From assembly GCA_902569245.1 (NCBI GenBank), contig CACFTO010000001.1, positions 12,066 through 76,065 on the forward strand: a stretch of DNA of 64,000 nucleotides, given 5' to 3'. Below, one piece after another: positions 50,229 to 59,592 of this stretch. The stretch comes from an uncultured Pelagibacteraceae bacterium (lineage in GTDB: Bacteria; Pseudomonadota; Alphaproteobacteria; Pelagibacterales; Pelagibacteraceae). Below the pieces are notes generated by a model that was not told the DNA's origin, did not search any database, and was given only the letters and a program-made list of their open reading frames with translations. A program made the translations under genes and the position numbers. Numbering within the stretch: position 1 is the stretch's first letter; every line of letters begins with the position of its first letter.

Positions 50229-51668
50229 ATGGTTATTAAATACCTTTTAAAATTATTTTTGGTTTTTATTTTTTTCGTGTCTATCAATCAATCTAAAGCT
50301 GACTTTTTTAAAGATATTACATCTTTGATTGAAAATAATGATTTTAGACTGAGTTACGGTGTGTCTGTTACAGACATAAATCAAGATAATAAATATGAAT
50401 TTGTCGTTACTGGGTTTGGTTTTTCAAACTTAGCGTTATCTTACCAAAATGGGAAACTTGTAAATATAAATAAAAATGAAATCTTTGATGATGCTAAAAG
50501 AAAAACTATCGGAGTTGCTGCTTGCGATATTGACCAAGACGGTTATGAAGAAATTTATTTTTTAAATACTGATACCTATAGCGGAGAAAAAAAATATTCA
50601 GATAGATTGATTGATGCTACTAGTGATGGTTTTATTGATATATTTGAAAAAGGAATTAATAAAAAAAATTTAAACCTGACTGCAGGTAGATCTGTTGTTT
50701 GTGTGGATAGAAATGGTGATGGAAAATATGGCATATATGTTGCTAATTATGGAGGTCCGACTAGGTTTTATGAACAAAGTTCTGGACAAATACTAGATTT
50801 AGCAGAGCAGCTTAAAATTAATAAAATAACTGGCGGAAGAGCTGTAGTTGCAGGAAATATTTTATCAGGAAAAACTGATATATTTGCTGCAAACGAAAGA
50901 GGAAAAAATTTTTTATATTATAATTCTGATGGTTTCTTTCAGGATATAGCTAAGGATTATAAAATTGATGATCAATATGAAAATGGAAGAGGTACAACTT
51001 TATCAGACATACTTTATAGAGGGAGATTAGATATAATAACATCTAATTGGAACGGTTATCATAGGGCTTTTGTATTAGAAGATAATAAATTTAAAGATAT
51101 CGCAACCCCAACTTACAATATTCCTACTAGAATTAGAACAGTGATATCTGCGGATTTTGATAATGATGGCTATGATGAAATATTTATGAATAATATTGGC
51201 GAACCAAATAAGTTATTCAAAATAAAAGAAAATGGTTTTTTTGAAGAGATAAATATTCAAAATGCTTACGAATCTAACGGATTGGGAACAGGAGCAGCAG
51301 TTGCGGATATAGATGGTGACGGAATTTTAGAATTATTAGTTTCTCATGGAGAATCTGGCATGCAACCACTAACAATGTATAAAGCTGATATTAAAAAAGA
51401 CTTCAATTATCTAAGAATTAAACCTTTAAATAAGCATGGTGCACCTGCAAGAGGAGCAACTGTTATACTAAATTCTAACTTAAGAGATCACGCCAAAACC
51501 ATTGATGCTGGTTCTGGATATTTATGTCAAATGGAACCCATTGCTCATTATGGCATTAGAGAGAGTGAAAAAAATATTTCAGTAAAAATAGTTTGGACTG
51601 ATGGTTCCTCGCAGTCGCTAAAAATAAATGAGTTTAATAAAACAATAGAAGTAAATCAAAAAAGATAG
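50229..51668 (+). CDS. CRTAC1 family protein (FG-GAP/VCBS repeats plus ASPIC/UnbV domain), secreted
   Basis: Signal peptide; DINQD, DIDQDG, DRNGDG, DFDNDG, DIDGDG Ca-binding repeats; IDAGSGYLCQMEP.AHYG. Confidence 0.88.
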   Translation: MVIKYLLKLFLVFIFFVSINQSKADFFKDITSLIENNDFRLSYGVSVTDINQDNKYEFVVTGFGFSNLALSYQNGKLVNINKNEIFDDAKRKTIGVAACDIDQDGYEEIYFLNTDTYSGEKKYSDRLIDATSDGFIDIFEKGINKKNLNLTAGRSVVCVDRNGDGKYGIYVANYGGPTRFYEQSSGQILDLAEQLKINKITGGRAVVAGNILSGKTDIFAANERGKNFLYYNSDGFFQDIAKDYKIDDQYENGRGTTLSDILYRGRLDIITSNWNGYHRAFVLEDNKFKDIATPTYNIPTRIRTVISADFDNDGYDEIFMNNIGEPNKLFKIKENGFFEEINIQNAYESNGLGTGAAVADIDGDGILELLVSHGESGMQPLTMYKADIKKDFNYLRIKPLNKHGAPARGATVILNSNLRDHAKTIDAGSGYLCQMEPIAHYGIRESEKNISVKIVWTDGSSQSLKINEFNKTIEVNQKR

Positions 51669-51724
51669 GACAATAGAACTCAATTCAGTAATAAAAATAA
51701 TTAATGTATTCTAATAGGAATATC

Positions 51725-52426
51725 ATGAATAAATTAAAATATTTTATAGTTTTTTTTCTTTTAATAACTTTTAGTTCGATAAAACCAACATATTCTAATC
51801 AATTTAATTATTATGCTGATTTAGTAAAAGATTGGCCAAAAATTTTTCCCGATCAAAATAGAAATGCTGCAGGTCCAAAATTTTTCAAACATATTTTAAC
51901 AAAAGAAATCACTTACCAAGATTTTATAGAATACAATAAGTTATATTGTGCTGTGTCTGGATCATTGATTGATCCAAACAGCAAACCAGAATTTGTTTAT
52001 CTTAAAAATACAGAAAATGACGAGAGAATTTGCGGATTTTATCACAAGTGTTGTTATCCATGTTCATGTGATTTGATGAAATACTCTAAAGTAAAAAAAA
52101 TGAAATATAATTTTACAGATGGTGAAAAAGAATTTTTTGTTCTGACAATAAAAAATCCTTGCGGTAAAAAAGATTTTCCAAGAGAAGTAAATAAGGATTA
52201 TTTTTGTGATGGAAATAAACTCGATAATAATCAAGTATTTGTATTAGATGAGAGACTAGTAATTGGTTTATTTCATAACGCCACAAAATGTAATTCTCAA
52301 AGTATTGCTGCTATTGATAGTCATGACGTTACTGGGCAATACTGTAAGCTAAGAAATAATGCTCCCCTTGATGAAGTACAAGGTGGTATGGGTAATATAT
52401 TTATAAGATTAGCAAAAGATAATTAA
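51725..52426 (+). CDS. Secreted cysteine-rich hypothetical protein
   Basis: AGGA SD, signal peptide, 10 Cys including CCYPCSCD. Confidence 0.7.
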   Translation: MNKLKYFIVFFLLITFSSIKPTYSNQFNYYADLVKDWPKIFPDQNRNAAGPKFFKHILTKEITYQDFIEYNKLYCAVSGSLIDPNSKPEFVYLKNTENDERICGFYHKCCYPCSCDLMKYSKVKKMKYNFTDGEKEFFVLTIKNPCGKKDFPREVNKDYFCDGNKLDNNQVFVLDERLVIGLFHNATKCNSQSIAAIDSHDVTGQYCKLRNNAPLDEVQGGMGNIFIRLAKDN

Positions 52427-52525
52427 ATTATTCCAATTCCTTCTTTATAAAAATAAGCGCCCAGAATTAGAATTGCTAAAACATAAATAATTCCAAAAAT
52501 TGTATATTTAATTTTTTTTTTTCAT
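52423..52525 (-). pseudogene. Small single-TM ORF frameshifted in an A11 run
   Basis: ATG directly after dnaJ TAG; removing one A gives MKKKIKYTIFGIIYVLAILILGAYFYKEGIGII*. Confidence 0.5.
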
Positions 52526-53656
52526 CTAATTTTTCCAAAAACTTTTTGCTTTTTTAAAGAATTTTTTAATACTTGGATTTGACTTTTCATTTTCAATTTC
52601 TCTAAATTTTTCAAGTAACTCTTTTTGCTCTTTATTTAAAGATACTGGCACTTCAGTGTTCACTTGTACATAAAGGTCTCCATAATCATTTCCTCTCATT
52701 AATGGCATTCCTTTTTCTCTCAATCTAAACTGTTTTCCACTTTGTGTTCCAGCTGGAATTTTTATCTTTGCTTTTCCACCATCGATAGTAGGTATTTTTA
52801 ATTCAGTTCCAAGTGCTGCATCTGCAATAGATATTGGGCATTCAAAAAACAAATTTTCTTCAGATCTTTTGAAAAGTTCGTGAGAATTAACATTAATAAA
52901 TAAATAAAGATCACCATTACTAGCTCCCCTGGAACCTGCTTCCCCTTTACCAGATAATCTGATCCTAGTTCCATCGTCTACTCCTTTAGGAATAGTCACA
53001 GAAAGGCGCTTACTTGCTTGTTTTTTACCTTGACCACCACAACTTGTGCAAGGATCAGTTATTTGTTCGCCTGAACCAGCACATTGAGGGCATGTTTGTT
53101 GAACAGTGAAAAAACCTTGGCTAGAACGAACTTGTCCATGGCCGCCACACATAGAGCATGTACTTGCACTTTGACCTGGTTTAGATCCTGAACCACTACA
53201 AGTATCGCACCTATCAGATGTTGAGAATTTAATATCTTGTTTCTTTCCAGCATAAGCTTCTTCTAGGCTTATAGATAGGTCATATCTTAAATCAGAGCCA
53301 CGGTTATTAGATCTTCTTGATCTTCTTCCACCACTACCAAAACCTTCGCCAAAAAAGTCTTCAAAGATATCTGAAAAAGAGCCAGAAAAATCAAAATTTC
53401 CAAAACCACCTCTTCCACCTCCTCCACCATTTTCAAATGCAGCGTGACCAAAATTATCATAATTTTGTTTTCTCTCTGAATTTGATAGAACGTGATAAGC
53501 TTCTGAAGCTTCTTTAAATTTTTCTTCTGCTCCTTTGTCGCCTTTGTTTTTATCAGGATGGTATTTTACAGCTTGTTTTCTATAAGCCGCTTTAATTTGG
53601 TCTGGACCTGCGCTTTTTTCAACACCCAATACATCATAGTAATCTCTTTTTGCCAT
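52526..53656 (-). CDS. dnaJ: Chaperone DnaJ
   Basis: HPD J-domain, G/F region, four CxxCxGxG. Confidence 0.98.
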   Translation of the reverse strand: MAKRDYYDVLGVEKSAGPDQIKAAYRKQAVKYHPDKNKGDKGAEEKFKEASEAYHVLSNSERKQNYDNFGHAAFENGGGGGRGGFGNFDFSGSFSDIFEDFFGEGFGSGGRRSRRSNNRGSDLRYDLSISLEEAYAGKKQDIKFSTSDRCDTCSGSGSKPGQSASTCSMCGGHGQVRSSQGFFTVQQTCPQCAGSGEQITDPCTSCGGQGKKQASKRLSVTIPKGVDDGTRIRLSGKGEAGSRGASNGDLYLFINVNSHELFKRSEENLFFECPISIADAALGTELKIPTIDGGKAKIKIPAGTQSGKQFRLREKGMPLMRGNDYGDLYVQVNTEVPVSLNKEQKELLEKFREIENEKSNPSIKKFFKKAKSFWKN

Positions 53657-53684
53657 AACTAGTTATAGACAAATGGTTGATAGT

Positions 53685-55604
53685 TTAGGCGCTTTTTTCT
53701 TTATCGTCTTTTACTTCTTCAAAGTCTGCATCAACAACATTATCGTCTTTTTTCCCTTCATCTTTTGCATCTTTAGGAGCATCACCAGGTTTTGTACTTT
53801 GTTGTGATTTGTAAATAGCTTCTCCTAATTTCATAGAAGCTTGAACCAAATCTTGGGTTTTCTTTTTAATTTCTTCAACATCAGTTCCTTTTAATGCATT
53901 TCTTACATTTGCAGATGCATCTTCAATAGCTTTTTTATCTGCATCAGAAACTTTACTACCATGTTCTTTTAAATTTTTTTCAGTAGAATGAAGCAAAGTA
54001 TCAGCTTGGTTTCTAGCATCTACAGCTTCTCTTTTCTTTTTGTCAGCTTCTTTATTTGTCTCAGCATCTTTAACCATTTGATTTATTTCCTCATCACTTA
54101 AACCACCTGACGCTTGAATTTGAATCTTTTGCTCTTTACCAGTCCCTTTGTCTTTCGCAGAAACATTTACAATTCCATTTGCGTCAATATCAAATGTAAC
54201 CTCAATTTGAGGAACACCTCTTGGAGCTGGAGCTATACCTACTAGTTCAAAATTTCCTAAAACCTTGTTGTCAGAGGCCATATCCCTTTCACCTTGCAAA
54301 ACCCTAATTGAAACTGCAGGTTGGTTGTCTTCTGCCGTTGAGAAAACCTGACTTTTCTTGGTTGGTATTGTTGTATTTTTTTCTATCAATTTAGTTGAAA
54401 CTCCACCTAAAGTTTCTATTCCTAGAGATAGTGGTGTAACATCTAATAATAGTACGTCTTTAACGTCTCCTTGCAATACTCCTGCTTGGATAGCAGCACC
54501 CATTGCAACAACCTCATCAGGATTTACAGATTTGTTTGGTTCTTTTCCAAAGAAATTTTTAACTTCTTCTATTACTTTTGGCATCCTCGTCATTCCACCG
54601 ACAAGTATTATTTCATCAATTTCGCTTGCACTTAAACCAGCATCTTTAAGAGCTGTTTCACAGGGTGGAATAGTTCTAGAAATAAGATCTTCAACAAGAG
54701 CCTCAAGTTTTGCTCTAGTCATTTTCATATTAATATGTTTTGGACCAGTTTTATCAGCTGTAATAAATGGTAAATTTATCTCAGTTTGCGTAGCAGATGA
54801 TAATTCAATTTTTGCTTTTTCTGCAGCTTCCTTAAGTCTTTGTAATGCTAATTTATCTGATTTTAAATCAATACCATTTTCTTTTTTGAATTCAGTTAAT
54901 AGGTAATCAACAATTGTATTATCAAAATCTTCACCACCTAGGAAAGTATCACCATTCGTTGATTTAACCTCAAATACTCCATCTCCTAACTCAAGAATTG
55001 ATACATCAAAAGTACCTCCACCTAAATCATAAACAGCAATTTTATTGTTTGTTTTCTTATCTAATCCATATGCAAGTGAAGCTGCTGTTGGTTCGTTAAT
55101 AATTCTTAAAACTTCTAAACCTGCTATTTTACCAGCATCTTTAGTTGCCTGTCTTTGTGCATCATTAAAATATGCTGGAACAGTTATTACAGCTTGAGAA
55201 ACTTCTTGGCCTAAATATTTTTCAGCAGTTTCTTTCATTTTCTGAAGTGTAAAAGCAGAAATTTGAGATGGTGAGTATTTGTTACCTTTAGCTTCTATCC
55301 ATGCATCTCCTTTATCAGAGTTAACGATCTTAAAAGGTGCTGTCTCAACATCTTTTTTTACAGAAGGATCATCAAAATTTCTTCCAATTAATCTTTTAAC
55401 AGCAAATATTGTATTTTCTGGATTGGTTACCGCCTGTCTCTTTGCAGGCTGTCCAATTAATTTTTCATCATTATCTGAAAATGCAACTACAGAAGGAGTT
55501 GTTCTTGCTCCCTCAGCATTTTCTAAAACTTTAGCTTGTGCACCCTCCATTACAGCTACACATGAGTTCGTTGTTCCTAAATCTATTCCTATTACTTTGC
55601 TCAT
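53685..55604 (-). CDS. dnaK: Chaperone DnaK
   Basis: [23 protein letters not shown]. Confidence 0.99.
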   Translation of the reverse strand: MSKVIGIDLGTTNSCVAVMEGAQAKVLENAEGARTTPSVVAFSDNDEKLIGQPAKRQAVTNPENTIFAVKRLIGRNFDDPSVKKDVETAPFKIVNSDKGDAWIEAKGNKYSPSQISAFTLQKMKETAEKYLGQEVSQAVITVPAYFNDAQRQATKDAGKIAGLEVLRIINEPTAASLAYGLDKKTNNKIAVYDLGGGTFDVSILELGDGVFEVKSTNGDTFLGGEDFDNTIVDYLLTEFKKENGIDLKSDKLALQRLKEAAEKAKIELSSATQTEINLPFITADKTGPKHINMKMTRAKLEALVEDLISRTIPPCETALKDAGLSASEIDEIILVGGMTRMPKVIEEVKNFFGKEPNKSVNPDEVVAMGAAIQAGVLQGDVKDVLLLDVTPLSLGIETLGGVSTKLIEKNTTIPTKKSQVFSTAEDNQPAVSIRVLQGERDMASDNKVLGNFELVGIAPAPRGVPQIEVTFDIDANGIVNVSAKDKGTGKEQKIQIQASGGLSDEEINQMVKDAETNKEADKKKREAVDARNQADTLLHSTEKNLKEHGSKVSDADKKAIEDASANVRNALKGTDVEEIKKKTQDLVQASMKLGEAIYKSQQSTKPGDAPKDAKDEGKKDDNVVDADFEEVKDDKEKSA

Positions 55605-55623
55605 TATTTAATACCTCTTCGAC

Positions 55624-55651
55624 ATATAAGTGCTAATTATAAGACTACAAC
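55624..55651 (-). promoter_or_regulatory. Putative RpoH promoter of dnaK
   Basis: Minus strand GTTG-17 nt-CTTATAT followed by GAGG SD. Confidence 0.5.
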
Positions 55652-55683
55652 CGTCTATAAAATTTAAATTTTTGTTGTTTTTA

Positions 55684-56343
55684 CTAGTTTTTTTCATCTT
55701 TTTGCTCCTCTTTTTCTACCTCTTTAGCTTTTTTCTTTGAAACACCTACTAAAGAAGGTCTTAATAATCTGTCTTTCATCATGAAGCCTCTTTGAATTTC
55801 TTGTACGATGGTCCCTGGATCTTTTGTATCATCCTCAACTTCCATCATTGCTTGGTGAAGATTTGGGTCAAGTTTTTCATTAATTGATTTTATAGGATTA
55901 ATATTATTTTTCTTAAATATTGAAAGCATATCATTACTAATAATATTTAAGTGTTCTACAATTTTTTCAAGTGCATCTGAATTTTTTAATTTCTCATCAT
56001 TTTCTAATGCAGCTTTTGATCTTTCAAGGTTATCTAATAAGTTTAGTGCTTCTTTGGCAAAAGAATATCCACCATATTCGTAGGCGTCGTCTCTTTCTTT
56101 TTCAAATCTTCGTCTCTGATTTTCCATTTCTGCAAATGTTCTTGCTAATTTGTCTTTAAGAGCTTCTAACTCTTCTTCGGGGGTCAGTTTTTTAACTTCT
56201 TTTATTTCAGACTCTAATTTTTCAGACTCTATATGTTTTTCTTCATTTGCTTGATCTTCATTATCATTTTCTTTGGATTGGGTATTTAACTCCTCCTCAG
56301 TAGTATTTTTGTCCAGGTTTTTGTTTAATTCTTCCTTATCCAT
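55684..56343 (-). CDS. grpE: Nucleotide exchange factor GrpE
   Basis: AEMENQRRR, DNLER, DPNLHQA, RLLRPSLVGV. Confidence 0.95.
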   Translation of the reverse strand: MDKEELNKNLDKNTTEEELNTQSKENDNEDQANEEKHIESEKLESEIKEVKKLTPEEELEALKDKLARTFAEMENQRRRFEKERDDAYEYGGYSFAKEALNLLDNLERSKAALENDEKLKNSDALEKIVEHLNIISNDMLSIFKKNNINPIKSINEKLDPNLHQAMMEVEDDTKDPGTIVQEIQRGFMMKDRLLRPSLVGVSKKKAKEVEKEEQKDEKN

Positions 56344-56350
56344 ATTGTTT

Positions 56351-56378
56351 ATATGGTAAGAAAAAGTATAATTTCTAG
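56351..56378 (-). promoter_or_regulatory. Putative RpoH promoter of grpE
   Basis: Minus strand CTAGAA-16 nt-CCATAT. Confidence 0.5.
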
Positions 56379-56981
56379 GTGCCTAAAAAAAAAATTAGAG
56401 AGATATTCATTGGCTCAAATAATAAAGGAAAACTGAAGGAAATAGCAGATCTATTACCCAAAAGTTTAAAAATTTATTCAAATTTGGACTTTAAAATACC
56501 TAGCCCAAAAGAGACGGGTGCCTCATTTGAACAAAACTCTCTTCTAAAAGCAAAATATTTTTCAGGAAAAACTAAAAAAATTTGTATGTCAGATGACTCA
56601 GGCATTGAAATTGATATTTTAGATAAAGCTCCTGGGGTGTATTCAGCAGATTGGTCAGGAAAAAAAAGAAATTTTAATTTAGCTATTAAAAAAGTTTACA
56701 AAGAAATTTCTAAAAAAGATAAAAATTGGAAAAAAAAGAAATTAAGTGCTAGATTTATTTGCGTACTCACTATCTTTTGGCCAAATGGTAAATTTATAAG
56801 CAAAATTGGTAAAATTGAGGGACGAATATCTAATTTAAAGAGAGGAAAAAATGGTTTTGGATATGATCCAATCTTTATACCTAAAGGAAAAAGATTAACT
56901 TTTGGTGAGATGGAACCTCATAAAAAATATAGTATAGATCATCGTTTTAATGCATTTAAAAAAATTAAAAAATTTTTTTAA
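56379..56981 (+). CDS. rdgB: Non-canonical purine NTP pyrophosphatase RdgB/HAM1
   Basis: SNNKGKLKE, DDSG, PGVYSA, GFGYDPIF, HR. Confidence 0.93.
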   Translation: MPKKKIREIFIGSNNKGKLKEIADLLPKSLKIYSNLDFKIPSPKETGASFEQNSLLKAKYFSGKTKKICMSDDSGIEIDILDKAPGVYSADWSGKKRNFNLAIKKVYKEISKKDKNWKKKKLSARFICVLTIFWPNGKFISKIGKIEGRISNLKRGKNGFGYDPIFIPKGKRLTFGEMEPHKKYSIDHRFNAFKKIKKFF

Positions 56982-58116
56982 ATTTTTTATCTTCAATGCT
57001 ATAAAAGTTTAGTTGGTGAGTAATAGTATTTTTGCTTATTTCAAAAACTCCTATTTTGCCTTTAAACTTATTTTTTTTATAGAATATTTTTTTTGAAATT
57101 TTAAAATCGTTTTCATAAATTAAAAAATAAACCAAACCTATTAAATCATAACTTAAAAATGAAAGTTGATCTCCATCTAAACCATAAGCCTTTTTAAAAT
57201 CATTCATAAATAGTTCATAATTATCTTTATTAATTGAGGGAAAATATATTGGATGTAGGGAAACATCTTTTAAAAGACTTTCATCAAACCATTGATTTAA
57301 GGTTATATAAGAAATTCTTTTTGATGAGACATCTGTATATAGAAGAGATGTAGCAACACTTTTCAAATTTTCATCAAAATCAGCTATAACAACTGAGTCA
57401 AAATTAATATTTCCAAGTGTATCTTTTTTCTTTAAATTTTGTATTTTTTTATCTTTGTCTTTAAATGATAAACCCTCAAGTCTTTGTATTTCAAATTTAA
57501 GATTATTTTTCCTTATTTGATATTTAGTCAGTTCTTCAATTTGCTTGGTAAGTTTCGTTGGCTCTCTGTCATAGTAGAATACTTCTTTATGTATAATTTT
57601 TGTTTTATTAATTGCTTCTTCTATTTCTTTTTTAAATTGTGCTCTTGGAATTAAAATAATACCTTTTGATAAATTTTTTCTATTATTAAATTTTTTTATT
57701 GTTTGTACTTGTGATATAGCATTGACACCAGCACTGATTACATTTTTTGGATTATCAATTAATTTATTGGTAAAAGATATAAAAGTTACGTCTGTTAAAT
57801 CATCTAGATATTTAGTACTTTCGTTAAAGACTGGGCCAATTATTATTTTTACTCCATCTTTATATAATTCTCTGGACACTTTTAAAGCATCAATAGGATT
57901 TGATTTTGTATCTTTTGGAATTATTTCCACCCTTTCATCATTAATTTTATTTATTGCCATTCTTATTGATTTTATAATTTTTTCACCAATTAAAGAATTT
58001 TCACCACTTAAAGGAACAATTAATCCAATCCTAATTTTTTCAGACGCAAATATGTTTTTATTAAAAAGACAGATACTTAATGCAATAATTATTAGCAATT
58101 TAATTAAAGTTTTCAT
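56965..58116 (-). CDS. LppC/penicillin-binding protein activator-like periplasmic binding-fold protein
   Basis: IGLIVPLSG, IIIGPVF; divergent from rsmI as in other Alphaproteobacteria. Confidence 0.7.
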   Translation of the reverse strand: MKTLIKLLIIIALSICLFNKNIFASEKIRIGLIVPLSGENSLIGEKIIKSIRMAINKINDERVEIIPKDTKSNPIDALKVSRELYKDGVKIIIGPVFNESTKYLDDLTDVTFISFTNKLIDNPKNVISAGVNAISQVQTIKKFNNRKNLSKGIILIPRAQFKKEIEEAINKTKIIHKEVFYYDREPTKLTKQIEELTKYQIRKNNLKFEIQRLEGLSFKDKDKKIQNLKKKDTLGNINFDSVVIADFDENLKSVATSLLYTDVSSKRISYITLNQWFDESLLKDVSLHPIYFPSINKDNYELFMNDFKKAYGLDGDQLSFLSYDLIGLVYFLIYENDFKISKKIFYKKNKFKGKIGVFEISKNTITHQLNFYSIEDKKFKKIF

Positions 58117-58152
58117 TTAAGTTTTAATAATATATTTATTTAGAGAATTCAT

Positions 58153-59004
58153 ATGAATTTAAACAATAATAAATTTAAACCTGGGCTATATTGTGTTGCA
58201 ACACCAATTGGAAATATGGGTGATATTTCATTTAGAGCCGTAAAAATCCTTCAAGAATCTGATTTAATTTTATGTGAAGATACAAGAGTTACAAAAAAAA
58301 TACTTCAAAAGTTTGAAATTAATAAAAAACTAATTTCAAACCATAAATTTAATGAAAAAAAAAATTTAGAGAAAGTTATAGAAATACTTAAAAATAATAA
58401 AATAGTATCATTGGTCTCAGATGCTGGAACACCTGCTGTTTCTGATCCAGGTAGAGTACTGGTTAAAGAGTGTATTAAAAATAAAATTAATATTTTTCCA
58501 ATTCCAGGAGCATCAGCGGTTAGTTCAGCAATATCAATAAGTGGATTTTCTGATAATTTTTATTTTTGTGGATTTCTCCCTGAAAAACAAAATCAGGTAA
58601 AAAAACTATTTAAGAACCTATCATTATTTGAAAGTTCAATTATTTTTTTTATATCGCCAAATAAACTCATTAAAAGAATAGATGATTTAAAAGAATTTTT
58701 TTCAGACAGAGATATTCTAATTTGTAGAGAAATTTCAAAATATCATGAAGAATATATTAGAACCTCTGTAGAAAAGTTATCAGATGTAAATTTTTCAAGA
58801 AAAGGCGAGATTACCATAGTCATTTCTGAAATAAAAAAAGAAAAATTAAGTTTTAAAGAACTAGAAGAATCAGATAAAAAAAAAATTAATAAATTAATTA
58901 AAAAAATGTCTATAAAAGATATTGTTAAAAAAGTTTCAGAAGATAGAGAAATTTCTAAAAAACTAATTTACAAATATTGTCTAGAAATTAAGAATGAAAA
59001 TTAG
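58153..59004 (+). CDS. rsmI: 16S rRNA C1402 2'-O-methyltransferase RsmI
   Basis: VATPIGN, CEDTR, SDAGTPAVSDPG, REISK.HEE. Confidence 0.95.
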   Translation: MNLNNNKFKPGLYCVATPIGNMGDISFRAVKILQESDLILCEDTRVTKKILQKFEINKKLISNHKFNEKKNLEKVIEILKNNKIVSLVSDAGTPAVSDPGRVLVKECIKNKINIFPIPGASAVSSAISISGFSDNFYFCGFLPEKQNQVKKLFKNLSLFESSIIFFISPNKLIKRIDDLKEFFSDRDILICREISKYHEEYIRTSVEKLSDVNFSRKGEITIVISEIKKEKLSFKELEESDKKKINKLIKKMSIKDIVKKVSEDREISKKLIYKYCLEIKNEN

Positions 59005-59587
59005 AAAAGTTATAATATTATTAATTTTTGTTTTACTCTCTAGCTGTGTTGGTTACTCTTCTACAGGTGTATTAGGCACTGGAGTTTCAATTGCTTTAGA
59101 TCCAAGGAGCTTAGGAACGCAAATAGATGATTCACTTATGCAACAAAATCTTAGAGCAAGGTTAATTTCAGCAGATAAAAGTTATATAATTTCAGTAAAA
59201 ACTAAAATTCTTGATGGTAGGATATTTCTTACTGGGAAAGTAAACTCTGTTGAAGATAAACTGAAAATTACAAAATTAGCTTGGGAAATTAAAGGTGCCA
59301 GATCAGTAAATAATGATTTACAAATTAGAGAAAAGTTTGATTTTAAAAGTTCAGCGAAAGATATACTTATAACCTCACAACTAAGAGCAGCTATGATTTC
59401 CAATAAAAAAATTAAATCGGTTAATTACAATATTGATACTCATAAAAAGAAAATTTATGTATATGGAATAGCACAAAATAAAGTTGAAAGGGACGAGATA
59501 ACTAAAGAAGCTAAACAAATTTTAGATGTTGAGGATATAATAACTAGTATTTTTTTGGTTGATGACTTAAGGGTAGTAAAAAAATAA
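58994..59587 (+). CDS. BON domain lipoprotein (DolP/YraP-like)
   Basis: Lipobox LSSC, DPRSLGTQIDD, two BON domains. Confidence 0.85.
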   Translation: MKIRKVIILLIFVLLSSCVGYSSTGVLGTGVSIALDPRSLGTQIDDSLMQQNLRARLISADKSYIISVKTKILDGRIFLTGKVNSVEDKLKITKLAWEIKGARSVNNDLQIREKFDFKSSAKDILITSQLRAAMISNKKIKSVNYNIDTHKKKIYVYGIAQNKVERDEITKEAKQILDVEDIITSIFLVDDLRVVKK

Positions 59588-59592
59588 ATATG

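Noticed and set aside
54358-55611. Long antisense ORFs over dnaK (likewise over the cargo gene, ftsK, hslV, porin and maeB)
   Set aside because: Shadow frames of conserved genes with biased codon usage; no independent motifs.
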